Below are positions 42,182 to 52,114 of a stretch of 64,000 nt of DNA, in pieces (position 1 is the first letter of the stretch; every line of letters begins with the position of its first letter). The notes beneath the pieces are model-generated. The model saw only the letters and a program-made list of their open reading frames with translations. It was not told the DNA's origin and did no database searches. The stretch lies in contig DBDS01000006.1 in NCBI GenBank assembly GCA_002293685.1, positions 180,909 to 244,908 of the forward strand. Reading direction: 5' to 3'. This DNA comes from Patescibacteria group bacterium UBA926 (GTDB taxonomy: Bacteria; Patescibacteriota; Doudnabacteria; UBA920). Both the position numbers and the translations under genes were made by a program.

Positions 42182-43078
42182 ATGTGGATTGCCTTAGCCC
42201 TGCTTGCACCATTACTCTGGGCTGCTTCAAACATCTTCGACAAATATGCGCTTAGCAAGCTTTCTAAAGGCTCTTACGAGTTTATCTTTTTAGGATCACT
42301 TGCAAGCTTCCTGATTATTTTCCTGACGATTCCAATTTTTGGTTTAGAAAAAATTGGTGTGGTTGCTTTGTGGGCAATTCTATCAGGAGTGTCATTGCAA
42401 TTTTCATATCTCTTCTATTCGTATGCACTAGAAGAAGAAGATGCGTCCTATGTAATCCCTCTCTACATAACTTACGCGGTTGTAGTTTTACTCTTAGGAC
42501 CTTTGTTTGGTGAAAGTATAACCACACATCAATATATTTCGTTTGCGATCGTATTTATCGGTGCATTAATATTATCTCAAGTCAAATTATCGTTAAGTAT
42601 TCATAAATATAGAAAAGGTGCATTATGGATGATTCCTGCAATCATACTGTTAAGCTTCTATACTCTATTTTTTCATAACTCTCTCCAATACCTAACTTTT
42701 ACAGATGCATTTATTTATACTGAAATCGGGTTTGCCCTATCAGGGGTATCTCTCTTAATTGTTCCGAAATGGCGAAAAGAGATTCTCTCAGGAATCAAAG
42801 AAGCCAGTTTGAAAAAAATGAAGTTCTTCCTGCTGAACGATGTTGTGGATCTATCTGGTCATTTACTATTTCAATACGCACTATTTATAGCTCCAAGCGC
42901 TAGCTTGATTGCTGTTATCGGTGGTGTTCAACCATTCTATGTACTAGTTCTTGGCTTATTCTTCACTTTCTTATTCCCACAAATCGTTTCAGAGAAAGTC
43001 ACAAAGCAAGAAATTACACAAAAGCTAATTGGTACAGTAATAATACTATTTGGAATTATCTATCTGAATCTATTTTAA
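42182..43078 (+). CDS. EamA/DMT family transporter
   Basis: About 10 TM in two repeats, DK.A, GES and SEK loop motifs. Confidence 0.8.
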   Translation: MWIALALLAPLLWAASNIFDKYALSKLSKGSYEFIFLGSLASFLIIFLTIPIFGLEKIGVVALWAILSGVSLQFSYLFYSYALEEEDASYVIPLYITYAVVVLLLGPLFGESITTHQYISFAIVFIGALILSQVKLSLSIHKYRKGALWMIPAIILLSFYTLFFHNSLQYLTFTDAFIYTEIGFALSGVSLLIVPKWRKEILSGIKEASLKKMKFFLLNDVVDLSGHLLFQYALFIAPSASLIAVIGGVQPFYVLVLGLFFTFLFPQIVSEKVTKQEITQKLIGTVIILFGIIYLNLF

Positions 43079-43108
43079 TAATGCCGACATTAACAAAACC
43101 ATTTCCTC

Positions 43109-43242
43109 TGTCATTCTGAACGAAGTCCTTCTAAATCTTGTAGAGATTTTGTGCGGACTTAGTGAAGAATCTCAACATAGATCCTTCGGTTGCTTCGCTC
43201 TCTCAGGATGACAGTGCTTAAAAACGCTTGCTAGGGATGACA
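43109..43242. repeat. Family A palindromic repeat with internal insert
   Basis: tgtcattctga...agatccttcg...tcaggatgaca; 43121-43153 matches reverse complement of 58944-58976 at 32/33. Confidence 0.8.
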
Positions 43243-43289
43243 TACTCTCAACTCAACTATAAAACCGTCCCCTTAAGGACGGTTTTATA

Positions 43290-44165
43290 TTATTGCCTTG
43301 CTCTTATGTGATCGGCAAAAGTCTTGCTGAACACAACTTCACCCGAAGGTTGTTTATGCAAGAAGTAGTAAAAGTCTGACTTAATTGGTTTAAGGGCGGC
43401 CTGGATACTTCCAAGCGATGGTGATCCAATTGGACCAGGCGGTAAGCCAGCAAACTTGTAAGTATTATAAGGCGAATCAATTTCTGTATCACGCAAACTT
43501 ACACCAGGAGTATTTTTTCCAGTGATATAGTTTACTGTCGCATCACTTTCTAGACCTTGACCAATCATCAACCGGTTATAGAAAACGCCGGCAATTAATC
43601 CGCGCTCTTCAGCTAGAGGCATTGGTCCGCCTCCCCCACCTTCTCGCTCAATAATTGATGCTAGAGTAATTACATCATATAAAGACATTCCACTAATACC
43701 ATCACCACCAGCGGGTTCCAAATTTTCGAAAGAAGGAATTACAAAATCATTTCCCGCAGATTCAACTCCTATATTGGTCACCCGTCTAGAAAAATTTTCT
43801 AACATTTTATCGATGACCTGTACGGGCGTTGAGCCTTTTGCGAATCGGTATGTATCGGGAAAAAGATAACCTTCAAGACTAGTTCCTTGTGGTTTTTGAA
43901 CTAATGGGTATTTAGTAGAATCATAAGCTTCGGCAGCACTAACAAAATCGTCTGCTGAAAACATTTCGGCTTCTTCAAACTTTGCCCCCATCTGAGCTAT
44001 TGTCCAACCTTCAATGATAGTAACCTGTATCTCCTCAGCTTTTTGCTGCATAGCAACAATTCGACGCTGTTGCTCTGCTCTATAATCCTGAACCTGCCTA
44101 TAAATTACCACGCCAATAATTATAAAGATTATTAGTATGATAAATGGCCAATATTTTCTTATCAT
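43290..44165 (-). CDS. mltG: Endolytic transglycosylase MltG
   Basis: LEGYLFPDTY, LASIIERE, SPYNTYK..GLPPGPI. Confidence 0.92.
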   Translation of the reverse strand: MIRKYWPFIILIIFIIIGVVIYRQVQDYRAEQQRRIVAMQQKAEEIQVTIIEGWTIAQMGAKFEEAEMFSADDFVSAAEAYDSTKYPLVQKPQGTSLEGYLFPDTYRFAKGSTPVQVIDKMLENFSRRVTNIGVESAGNDFVIPSFENLEPAGGDGISGMSLYDVITLASIIEREGGGGGPMPLAEERGLIAGVFYNRLMIGQGLESDATVNYITGKNTPGVSLRDTEIDSPYNTYKFAGLPPGPIGSPSLGSIQAALKPIKSDFYYFLHKQPSGEVVFSKTFADHIRARQ

Positions 44166-44237
44166 TTCTAAAGTATACCATTGAGTAAATAAAAAATCTC
44201 CCTACCCTTTCGGATAAGGAGATTTTGAAAACTAAAG

Positions 44238-44930
44238 TTAATCTCTGGAAGACATTCCCGATTCCACATGGTCGAGCACCTTGCGAGCGTGGTCTTTTCC
44301 ACCCAAACCAAAGGCCAAACCACCGGCAATTGCCAACATAGCAATTACAGCTCTGAACAAGTCTTGCAAAAAAGTTTGCGCAATTTGAAGTTCAGATAAC
44401 GCAGCAATGATTGCAAAAATCATAATTGCCCAGCGAGTAAGAGAACCTAACATATTTGCTGTGGCAAAACCACCAGCCTTAACAGTCCCCTTCACTACAT
44501 CGCCAAGGAAGTTTGCAGCAAGCATACCAAGTAAAATTATCACCATAGCGATAATTACATGACCTGCATAGCCCATTACATCGTTGTAGAAGAAATTGGT
44601 GATTGTGCTAAGCCCCATAATATCCGCTGCAGCAATGATGCTAGCTAAGATAAAGAACCATTTCACAATCCATTGAACAATACCTGAAACACGAATGGAT
44701 CGACCACTTCGTTCTGAAAGACGTTTCAGACCAAGTTGATCTCCTAAACCATCGATACCAATTGATATCAACGCTCGCTTCAATAAATTGCCCAAAAACA
44801 TACCAACAATCCAACCAAGCAATAATACAATTATTGCGGCTAGAATATTTGGTAAGAACTGAATTGCCCGATCATAGAGATTATAAACGGAATCCTGCAC
44901 CACGATTGGGTAATCGTTATAATAATTCAT
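44238..44930 (-). CDS. TM-helix repeat protein (MscS-associated/CmpX-like)
   Basis: FLPNILAAII..GW, LAFGLGGKD; ATG at 44930 preferred. Confidence 0.8.
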   Translation of the reverse strand: MNYYNDYPIVVQDSVYNLYDRAIQFLPNILAAIIVLLLGWIVGMFLGNLLKRALISIGIDGLGDQLGLKRLSERSGRSIRVSGIVQWIVKWFFILASIIAAADIMGLSTITNFFYNDVMGYAGHVIIAMVIILLGMLAANFLGDVVKGTVKAGGFATANMLGSLTRWAIMIFAIIAALSELQIAQTFLQDLFRAVIAMLAIAGGLAFGLGGKDHARKVLDHVESGMSSRD

Positions 44931-45037
44931 GATTAATCCTTTCTTTAGATTGATTTGATTACAAATCAATCCTGATTTAGCCTCCGGCCATCGACCTTAA
45001 ACCGGAATAAAAAATAATAAAAAGCAATAAGAAATTT

Positions 45038-45481
45038 CTATTGCTCTCCATAAATAACGATATTAAAATCACGCTTGCGACCACCATCACATTCAACAAA
45101 GAAAATACTTTGTTTCTTCCCGAGCAACAGCTTACCGTTTTGAATAGGAACGGTTTCACTACTACCCAACAAGAATGATTTTACATGAGAATGCCCGTTA
45201 CTGCGTTCGTTTACTTCTACCTCAGTGCGGGTTTCAAACAAATCATGGCCATAGCTTTCTTCTAAGGGCACAGTCCGATACAACATTTTCATAATGTCTT
45301 GCATCAGCATGGGTTCATTATGAGTTAGTCTTACACTTGCGGTTGTGTGAGGATTATAGATCACTGCCAAACCATTTTGTTGACCTGAAGTCGCGACAGC
45401 TTCAGCAACAAAACTCGTAACATCTATGAGCTCAAATTGTTTTTTAGAAGTCACTTCAATTGTTTTAAAGAAAGTTGACAT
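45038..45481 (-). CDS. yjbQ: YjbQ/UPF0047 family protein
   Basis: PHTTAS, NGHSHVKS, ECDGGR. Confidence 0.85.
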   Translation of the reverse strand: MSTFFKTIEVTSKKQFELIDVTSFVAEAVATSGQQNGLAVIYNPHTTASVRLTHNEPMLMQDIMKMLYRTVPLEESYGHDLFETRTEVEVNERSNGHSHVKSFLLGSSETVPIQNGKLLLGKKQSIFFVECDGGRKRDFNIVIYGEQ

Positions 45482-45575
45482 CGAATAAGCCGTTTGTTTC
45501 TATTTCTAGGTTATCCCCAGATTGTTTTATTGATTACCTATATTATACCATTATTTGGAGTAAATATATGTGAAA

Positions 45576-46967
45576 TCAGGCTTCAGAATTTGCTAAATCA
45601 ACCGTAGTAGCGCCTATTTTGCTCTTAATTGGGAGGGAAAATGCAAAGGTGGAGCCTTTGCCAATTCCAGGGCTTTCGGCCCAAATCCGGCCATTGTGCT
45701 GCTCTACAATGACCTTCGCAACGTACATTCCCAAGCCTAGGCCTGTGGCGTGAGTCGCCGAATCAGAACCTCTTGAATATTTCTTAAACAAAGCTTCTTG
45801 AGTCTCTTTGTCCATCCCCTTTCCAGTATCTTTAACTTTCACCGTAATATTCTCAGCATCGTGCTCTACCATCACTTCAATGTCACCTTGCTTAGAATAT
45901 TTAATAGCGTTATCGATCATGTTGTTTATCACTTGGCGGATTTTTTCGCCATCCATCATAATGTTAGGCAAAGTTTCGCTAGGCGGACGATAAGCAATGT
46001 GTTGCTTGTGCATTTGAGCAAGTGGTTCGAGTTGCTCAACCAATGCAGTTACCATCGGCACAATGTTTGCATCTTGAAAGAAGAATTCCAACTTCCCACG
46101 TTCAATGCGTGATGCGTTTAGCAAATCATCGATGGTAGAAATTTGCGCTTCGTTAGTAACGTTTGTTCTCGCCAATGCGGCTCGAAGCTCTTCAGATAAC
46201 TCGCCAAAGTCCCCCGATAAAATTGCACCAAGATACCACTTAATTGTGGCTGGTGGCGTGCGCAACTGATGACTAGCAATCGAAATAAATTCCGCACGCG
46301 CTTTATCGAGAGCTTTTAGTTGTTCGTTGGCGATTTTTAACTTGTCATAAACTAAGGCTTTATCTAAAGCAACAGCTACTACATCAGCCAGGCTGCTTAT
46401 TGCCTCTTGTTCGAAATCACTTAGCGTGTCATAGCCTCGATTTAAACCAAACATTAACAGACCAATAAGTTCGTCCTGAGTTACAAGAGGATAAATTAGA
46501 ACTGTATCAATATGCCCTTTGATATCTAATTCTTTTAACTTTGATGGCTCAACCCATTCACTAAACAAATCTTGAAAACTTTTTGCAGTTAACCACTTTT
46601 TATCAGATATCACTTCATTCAATACGGCATTCTTTGAAGCATCAAAAGATTGTGTTTTATCCCAAGCAATTCCTTCTGCATTGACAGCGTCAGCAAAACG
46701 CTCGGACATTGAAAAAGGCTGTGGTGTAATCTGTTTAGTTTCCCCAACAACAATGAATATCCCAACCATCTCCATATTTAAATCAACCCGGACGGTGTCC
46801 GAAATCTTTTCGGAAAGTTTATCCGGGTCTAAAGTGAGTAAGCTTATCTGATACAGCTTACGAAGCAGTGAAAGAGTTTTATTGATTACGGCAAGTTCTA
46901 AGCTATGCTTATAGATTTGCTCATTCAACTGCTGCAAATTTGGTTCACTTGCAGCTGTGTTAGCCAT
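45576..46967 (-). CDS. GAF-domain sensor histidine kinase
   Basis: SIASHQLRTP, NMIDNAIKY, DTGKG, GLGLG; N-terminal GAF-like region, no TM. Confidence 0.92.
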   Translation of the reverse strand: MANTAASEPNLQQLNEQIYKHSLELAVINKTLSLLRKLYQISLLTLDPDKLSEKISDTVRVDLNMEMVGIFIVVGETKQITPQPFSMSERFADAVNAEGIAWDKTQSFDASKNAVLNEVISDKKWLTAKSFQDLFSEWVEPSKLKELDIKGHIDTVLIYPLVTQDELIGLLMFGLNRGYDTLSDFEQEAISSLADVVAVALDKALVYDKLKIANEQLKALDKARAEFISIASHQLRTPPATIKWYLGAILSGDFGELSEELRAALARTNVTNEAQISTIDDLLNASRIERGKLEFFFQDANIVPMVTALVEQLEPLAQMHKQHIAYRPPSETLPNIMMDGEKIRQVINNMIDNAIKYSKQGDIEVMVEHDAENITVKVKDTGKGMDKETQEALFKKYSRGSDSATHATGLGLGMYVAKVIVEQHNGRIWAESPGIGKGSTFAFSLPIKSKIGATTVDLANSEA

Positions 46968-46983
46968 TTTTTATTTTTTTAAA

Positions 46984-47289
46984 CTATCTTAAATTTGAAG
47001 GGATATCGTTTGCAGGAAGCTCAGCCAACAAATCTTGAACAGCATCTTTACAAACTTCTCTAGAAACCTGTCCGAAAAGACGAGAATACTGTTCGACTAA
47101 TCGGTTAAGCACTTCTTTTGAATCCCCTTCAAAAGTAACTTGCTCGTTGTTTGCGTCAGAAATATTGAACCCGACAACTTTCTTAGCTTCTTGCCATGCG
47201 ACTGGACCAATAACAAGCTCTTGCTCTTTGATTATTCTCAAAGAGATTTGAGTGAATACTGCTAATTCATCTTGAGTAGTAGTTGTCAT
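46984..47289 (-). CDS. Small soluble hypothetical protein in kinase operon
   Basis: 101 aa, tightly packed between membrane protein and kinase. Confidence 0.7.
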   Translation of the reverse strand: MTTTTQDELAVFTQISLRIIKEQELVIGPVAWQEAKKVVGFNISDANNEQVTFEGDSKEVLNRLVEQYSRLFGQVSREVCKDAVQDLLAELPANDIPSNLR

Positions 47290-47293
47290 ATAT

Positions 47294-48121
47294 TTAAGAT
47301 TTTTGAATCTTATAGTAAATATTGCCGATTGAGAATATAGCTAGGGTCATTAAGTACAGTGAGAGCATGAAAACATAATCGTTGAAACCACCAACGTACC
47401 ACGTTTCATTATTTACTTGGTAAGAGAACTGGAAATCTGATATGAACTGGACTGTAAGTGCGGCGATCAATAAAATAATCGGTTTTCTCATTAACCCACC
47501 CAATGAGTTATTAGAAATAAATAGAGTAAATAAAGCTATTGATATATAAATGACTTGACCAATTTGCCAACCAAAATCCAAGAATATTAACAAAGGTGTG
47601 CTATCAGTGAAATCATATTCGCGTAATAGGATTAAATATGAACCCAATAATGCAACAAATGGAATTAATATTGCAACAAATTTATTAATAAATGATTGAG
47701 AACTAAATTGCACACCCAAAACTTTAGCAAGTTGATATGCTCCTAAAATATATAACAAAACACTAACATAAAAGAAAACATCCCCAATTGATGGATATGG
47801 AACTTCAATACCTAATATATAAATGTAGTAATTATATAATAATGTACCTATAAATTGGGCCAATAAACCTGAAGACAAAGAGAAAATAGCCATACCAAAT
47901 TTACTCTTAAGACCGCCCCATAATTTAGCGTAATAAAGTCCTGCGATTCCACCAAATAAAGGGAACAAAATCAAAAGATTTGTAAACAGATCATTTTCTA
48001 TACCTTCGGTTAAAAACCGAAGGTAAATTGACAACCACCATAAACTTAAGGCTATAAAGAGTATGGTCGCGACCATAAATCCCTTACTTTCCTTAAATTG
48101 TTCCAAAAAATATTGTCTCAT
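47294..48121 (-). CDS. Polytopic membrane protein, putative sensor module
   Basis: About 8 TM, PYPSIGD motif typical of sensor membrane domains. Confidence 0.7.
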   Translation of the reverse strand: MRQYFLEQFKESKGFMVATILFIALSLWWLSIYLRFLTEGIENDLFTNLLILFPLFGGIAGLYYAKLWGGLKSKFGMAIFSLSSGLLAQFIGTLLYNYYIYILGIEVPYPSIGDVFFYVSVLLYILGAYQLAKVLGVQFSSQSFINKFVAILIPFVALLGSYLILLREYDFTDSTPLLIFLDFGWQIGQVIYISIALFTLFISNNSLGGLMRKPIILLIAALTVQFISDFQFSYQVNNETWYVGGFNDYVFMLSLYLMTLAIFSIGNIYYKIQKS

Positions 48122-48227
48122 AAATTACATACTATATATTAATATATATCATAAAAATTTCCTTTCTACAATTTTACAAGAAGTATCCACATAATTAGAA
48201 CGAAATTTAATGGAAGGTTGATCGAAA

Positions 48228-48905
48228 TTATTTTCTTATGATTGGTGCAACAATGGTTTTGTGTTTCCAGTAAATACAATCCTTTGGAGGATTAACTGCG
48301 CAAACTTTGAACTTTATGTCTTTGAAACCAGCCTTCTTTAATAACGCTTTATGCTCAGCAGAGATTGTTTTAGGTTCATCAGAAAAATAAGTAAAGACAC
48401 CATCGTCTTTTAATAATCTATGTGCTTCTTTAAAGAATGGGAAGAATTGAAAGAATTCTACTTCCTTGTCCAACGGACATGAATCAAAGAGAATACCATC
48501 AAAACTTTTATCGGGGAGGTTTTTTGTAACATCTTCCCAGAAACCTTTTAAGATTTTTAGTCTTTCGCTTTTAATCGCTGCTGGAAATTTCTTCTTTGCT
48601 GAAGCTATTACCAATGGGTGGCATTCAACAACAACGTGTGATTTCATTTTTTTAACACTTTGAATAAATCCAGCTGAAATCCCCATACCAAATCCAACTT
48701 CTAAAACAGAACCGCCTTTTGAAGTCGCTATAGTTGCCAACTCTTTCATATAGGGCTTTTCCCAGTCCTGCATAATCTGATTAACTAACTTTTTATTTCC
48801 CTTATTAAAATGCATCACCAACTCTTTTTTGTTGAAATCTAAGACAGTTTTTAGATACTTATCTTTAACTTTTTTTGAATACTTCCCAACAGTTTTGCTT
48901 ATCAT
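48228..48905 (-). CDS. SAM-dependent methyltransferase, guanidinoacetate N-methyltransferase/RMT2-like
   Basis: MQDWEKPYM, VLEVGFGMGISA, VECHP, GFWEDV, FDGILFD, RLLK..GVFTY. Confidence 0.82.
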   Translation of the reverse strand: MISKTVGKYSKKVKDKYLKTVLDFNKKELVMHFNKGNKKLVNQIMQDWEKPYMKELATIATSKGGSVLEVGFGMGISAGFIQSVKKMKSHVVVECHPLVIASAKKKFPAAIKSERLKILKGFWEDVTKNLPDKSFDGILFDSCPLDKEVEFFQFFPFFKEAHRLLKDDGVFTYFSDEPKTISAEHKALLKKAGFKDIKFKVCAVNPPKDCIYWKHKTIVAPIIRK

Positions 48906-48934
48906 GTTTATACTAAAATTAATTATTATTAGAA

Positions 48935-49327
48935 TTATATCAAATTATGGTCCGGATATTTGGTACCCCTTATCACAAAATTCACTTCTAAGTCCTTAAG
49001 GTCAAACAGGTCAATAAAATATCGCTTAATCTTTTCTTGATCTAAACCATTCTGGCATGTATATACATCTGCACTAATAAATCCACGCTTCGGGAATGTA
49101 TGGATACTAATATGACTCTCGGCTATAATAACAAAACCACTCCAGCCACCTGGGTCTTTTAAGTCATTTTCTGGAGCAAATACCACCAAAGGTTCGATTA
49201 AGGCATTCATGCCCAACTCTTTTGGTAACTCATTTAACAATCTCTTAACTAAAGCTTCGTCATTAAGTAATTCTGCACTCCCCCCATATCCATCAAGGGT
49301 GAGATGTTCTCCAAAATGCTGACTCAT
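48935..49327 (-). CDS. speD: Pyruvoyl-dependent decarboxylase, AdoMetDC (SpeD/SpeH) family
   Basis: HLTLDGY, IAESHISIHTFP, DVYTC; substrate not certain. Confidence 0.85.
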   Translation of the reverse strand: MSQHFGEHLTLDGYGGSAELLNDEALVKRLLNELPKELGMNALIEPLVVFAPENDLKDPGGWSGFVIIAESHISIHTFPKRGFISADVYTCQNGLDQEKIKRYFIDLFDLKDLEVNFVIRGTKYPDHNLI

Positions 49328-49404
49328 AATATGTGAAAATTATGTGAATATCTAAGTACCTTAATTATAGCAGATTGGTCCGAAATCAAAGTAAATACTA
49401 AGTT

Positions 49405-50109
49405 TTATAACTCATCTGCGAAACTTTCCCAGATAGCTGTGGAAAATTTATCATCCTGGGTTTCTATGTGATTTTGAAGAAGTAAAGCAAAATGGTCTAA
49501 GCTCACTGCTTCCAATCCTTCAATTAACCCATCAGCACTTTTCGCATTCATCCTCAAACCGTTTCCAATTTTATCTACAGACTGGTGATGAGCACAATTC
49601 ACAGGCTTCTCACCTTCTCCAGTCATATCAGCTAACCGCGTACCACTTTCCACAATCATTTTATTACCATGATAAGTAGACACGTTATCGTAACTTGAAC
49701 CCTCTGGAACCATATGACCTTCAACGTGCTGAATTAAACTTCCACCCAACACAACATTCACCAACTGCATTCCTCTGCAAATTCCAAGCAGAGGTTTTTT
49801 ATCGGTCATCACCATTTTAATAATTTTCGTTTCAAGCAAATCACGAAGTGGATTTGTCACTTTCGTTTCAGGAACAGCCTCTTGTGAATACATCTTTGGA
49901 TTTATATCCGAACCCCCGGCCAATAGCACACCATCACACTGATGATATAATCTCGTCACCATCTCCTCACTGAACAAAACTGAACACAACAACGGCATCA
50001 CTCCCCGCTCAGTCAATTTTTTCACATACGTTTGATACAAAAAATCAATTTGCTGAACTTTCGCCCCCGCATCAACTTTGTACGGCAAGATAACTAATAC
50101 TTTTTTCAT
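49405..50109 (-). CDS. Gamma-glutamyl-GABA hydrolase-like (peptidase C26/PuuD family)
   Basis: GGSDINP, LGICRGMQ, HHQSV, QNHIE. Confidence 0.87.
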   Translation of the reverse strand: MKKVLVILPYKVDAGAKVQQIDFLYQTYVKKLTERGVMPLLCSVLFSEEMVTRLYHQCDGVLLAGGSDINPKMYSQEAVPETKVTNPLRDLLETKIIKMVMTDKKPLLGICRGMQLVNVVLGGSLIQHVEGHMVPEGSSYDNVSTYHGNKMIVESGTRLADMTGEGEKPVNCAHHQSVDKIGNGLRMNAKSADGLIEGLEAVSLDHFALLLQNHIETQDDKFSTAIWESFADEL

Positions 50110-50159
50110 AAATTTGAATTTAATAAATTTGGAAAGGGGTAGATTGTACCCCTTTCACA

Positions 50160-50951
50160 CTAAACAGTTCGCACAAATTGCAAACTTAGCCGAATAAGAG
50201 CGTCCTGGCAAAGCTGATGACACCTAGCCGCGAACTTTTGAATCTTCTCATAATCAGCAGTTGAACCGCCCATTCGGAACTCAATAGTTCCATGAACAGT
50301 AATGCGAATCAACTGCCAATTCTTGCGCGGGTCTTTGTCGAAGCCTTTCTCCAAAGCGTCCTCATAAAACGCTCCAACAGACTCATAAGGTTTAGGAATG
50401 TAATCAGGCGCCATCGTCTGATAAATCCGAAGCCTCTCACCGTTACTATTATTGATGCACTCACACAAATCTTCCCACTCAGGAATGACTTTGTTGTATA
50501 CCAATAGCGCTGTTTCGAGATCTGGCATACCAACATGAACATGTGTACCAGCGACTCGACAAGCTGCCAACAAAGTTTCTCTTGGCATATCTTTGACAAT
50601 GCGCTGATATCTGCCCGTGGGGTCATTGTAAACCGACAGATCCATATCCTCACCGGCGACTTCCATGAATGAATCATAGATTTCCAGCTCAGCTAATGCT
50701 TTAGTAATTTCTCTATCGTTTTCACGGAGAGCATCTACAAGAGCATACAGCCTGACCGGCCCTACCCGATCCTCTAGCTGACAACCAGAAAGTTCGTAAC
50801 CAAACCTTCCATCAGTTGGTAAAATCTTCAGAACTCTTTCCGTTTCAGGAATTGGTTCTCCAAGAATATTTACCAAAAACCTCTCGCGTTCAACTCCGAT
50901 ATTTAGAACCTTATCGGGATTGAACTTAAACAACTGCTTGAACTTTTTCAT
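50160..50951 (-). CDS. Glutamate--cysteine ligase-2 (YbdK/GCS2) family carboxylate-amine ligase, short form
   Basis: IGVERE, ELSGCQLE, GTHVHVG, GTIEFR. Confidence 0.8.
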   Translation of the reverse strand: MKKFKQLFKFNPDKVLNIGVERERFLVNILGEPIPETERVLKILPTDGRFGYELSGCQLEDRVGPVRLYALVDALRENDREITKALAELEIYDSFMEVAGEDMDLSVYNDPTGRYQRIVKDMPRETLLAACRVAGTHVHVGMPDLETALLVYNKVIPEWEDLCECINNSNGERLRIYQTMAPDYIPKPYESVGAFYEDALEKGFDKDPRKNWQLIRITVHGTIEFRMGGSTADYEKIQKFAARCHQLCQDALIRLSLQFVRTV

Positions 50952-51014
50952 ATTTCCTCCTAACTTTTTTGTTTTCTAGGCCACGACGATGAATTCACCG
51001 AGGCCATGAAAAAC

Positions 51015-51294
51015 AAAAAAGCTCCTCATCTTTGTAAACAGAATAATACTGTTTACAAGGACGAAAAGCTTTGCTTTCGTGGTGCCACCTTGTTTTGCCA
51101 TGTGATTAAACATGACCTCGGCCCTTACTCCAAAATGGATATAAAGAATCTTTTGTTTACGGGAGATTAATCCCCGTACCGCCACATCTCACAAATTGAG
51201 TAGCAGAGGTCGCCGCGTTCTTCTGAACTATCTTGACCCAACCCCGTTTTGGTTTTGCAACCTGACGGGATCAAGATATCGGTTTTAGAATTGT
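51015..51294 (-). promoter_or_regulatory. T-box riboswitch leader
   Basis: AAGGTGGCACCACG T-box, antiterminator, overlapping terminator with U tract, stem III and IIA/B-like pseudoknot. Confidence 0.8.
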
Positions 51295-51300
51295 GCCTAT

Positions 51301-51329
51301 ACAATAATCGATTTTTAGTTTGATGTCAA
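51301..51329 (-). promoter_or_regulatory. Sigma70 promoter of the T-box leader
   Basis: TTGACA-17 nt-TATTGT on minus strand. Confidence 0.7.
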
Positions 51330-51347
51330 GGGAGATTATTTGTATGA

Positions 51348-51884
51348 TCAATTGTCCCTAATCATCGCTATCAGCTCCATAGCCTTCTCCACAGCCTCTT
51401 TAGCATTTACAGCTGGTTCAACCATTAGGCGGTTTCGATCATCAAAGTATTTTCCAGCCATTTTATCTGCCCAACCACCAGTACCAGTTACAGCCACAAT
51501 AGGAATGTTCGCCTGATATGCTATCGCCATTTCAGTAAGGGTACCACTACCACCATTGATTGCTATGATAGCGTCGCAAGAAAGTACGAGGTTCAGCTCT
51601 CTGCCACCTCCACGCTCCATACCACTTACGATGATGATATCGACATTTTCTTCGACTATATCCTTACCTTTTCCGTAAGTAACTCCTACGGTAGTCCCAC
51701 CAGCTTTCTTAGCTCCCCTACACGCCGCAGTAGATAAAGAGTCAAAATCCTTTTCCGCACCAAAAAACAGCACAGCTCCTTGTTGAGCAACTTCATAGCC
51801 CACCTCCTCAGCTATTGCTTCAAATTCTTTTGAGTAGTTCAAATCACTGCAACTACCCATCACACCTATTTGAATTGTTTTCAT
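51348..51884 (-). CDS. TIGR00725-type LOG/SLOG family protein
   Basis: IGVMG, AACRGAKKAGG, GGSGTLTEMAIAY, GTGGWAD. Confidence 0.85.
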   Translation of the reverse strand: MKTIQIGVMGSCSDLNYSKEFEAIAEEVGYEVAQQGAVLFFGAEKDFDSLSTAACRGAKKAGGTTVGVTYGKGKDIVEENVDIIIVSGMERGGGRELNLVLSCDAIIAINGGSGTLTEMAIAYQANIPIVAVTGTGGWADKMAGKYFDDRNRLMVEPAVNAKEAVEKAMELIAMIRDN

Positions 51885-52114
51885 AATAATTATTTAGTTA
51901 AACTGTTAAATCTGTTCCCGTAATCTAATATAATTATTTATACTAAACTTCTTTAAAACTTCGCTATTTCATATAATGTACTTGAATAGATTTTATTCAT
52001 ACTGTTATTCTACTTTTAGTTTGAGAAAAAATCTACTGCACTATGACAAATTTTAACAACAAATAAAAAAGGTGTCGGGGACACCTTTTAATTTATGGTA
52101 GGTCAAGTGCATGA

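Noticed and set aside
50976-51185. 69-aa ORF / leader peptide
   Set aside because: Lies across the T-box structural elements with a weak start
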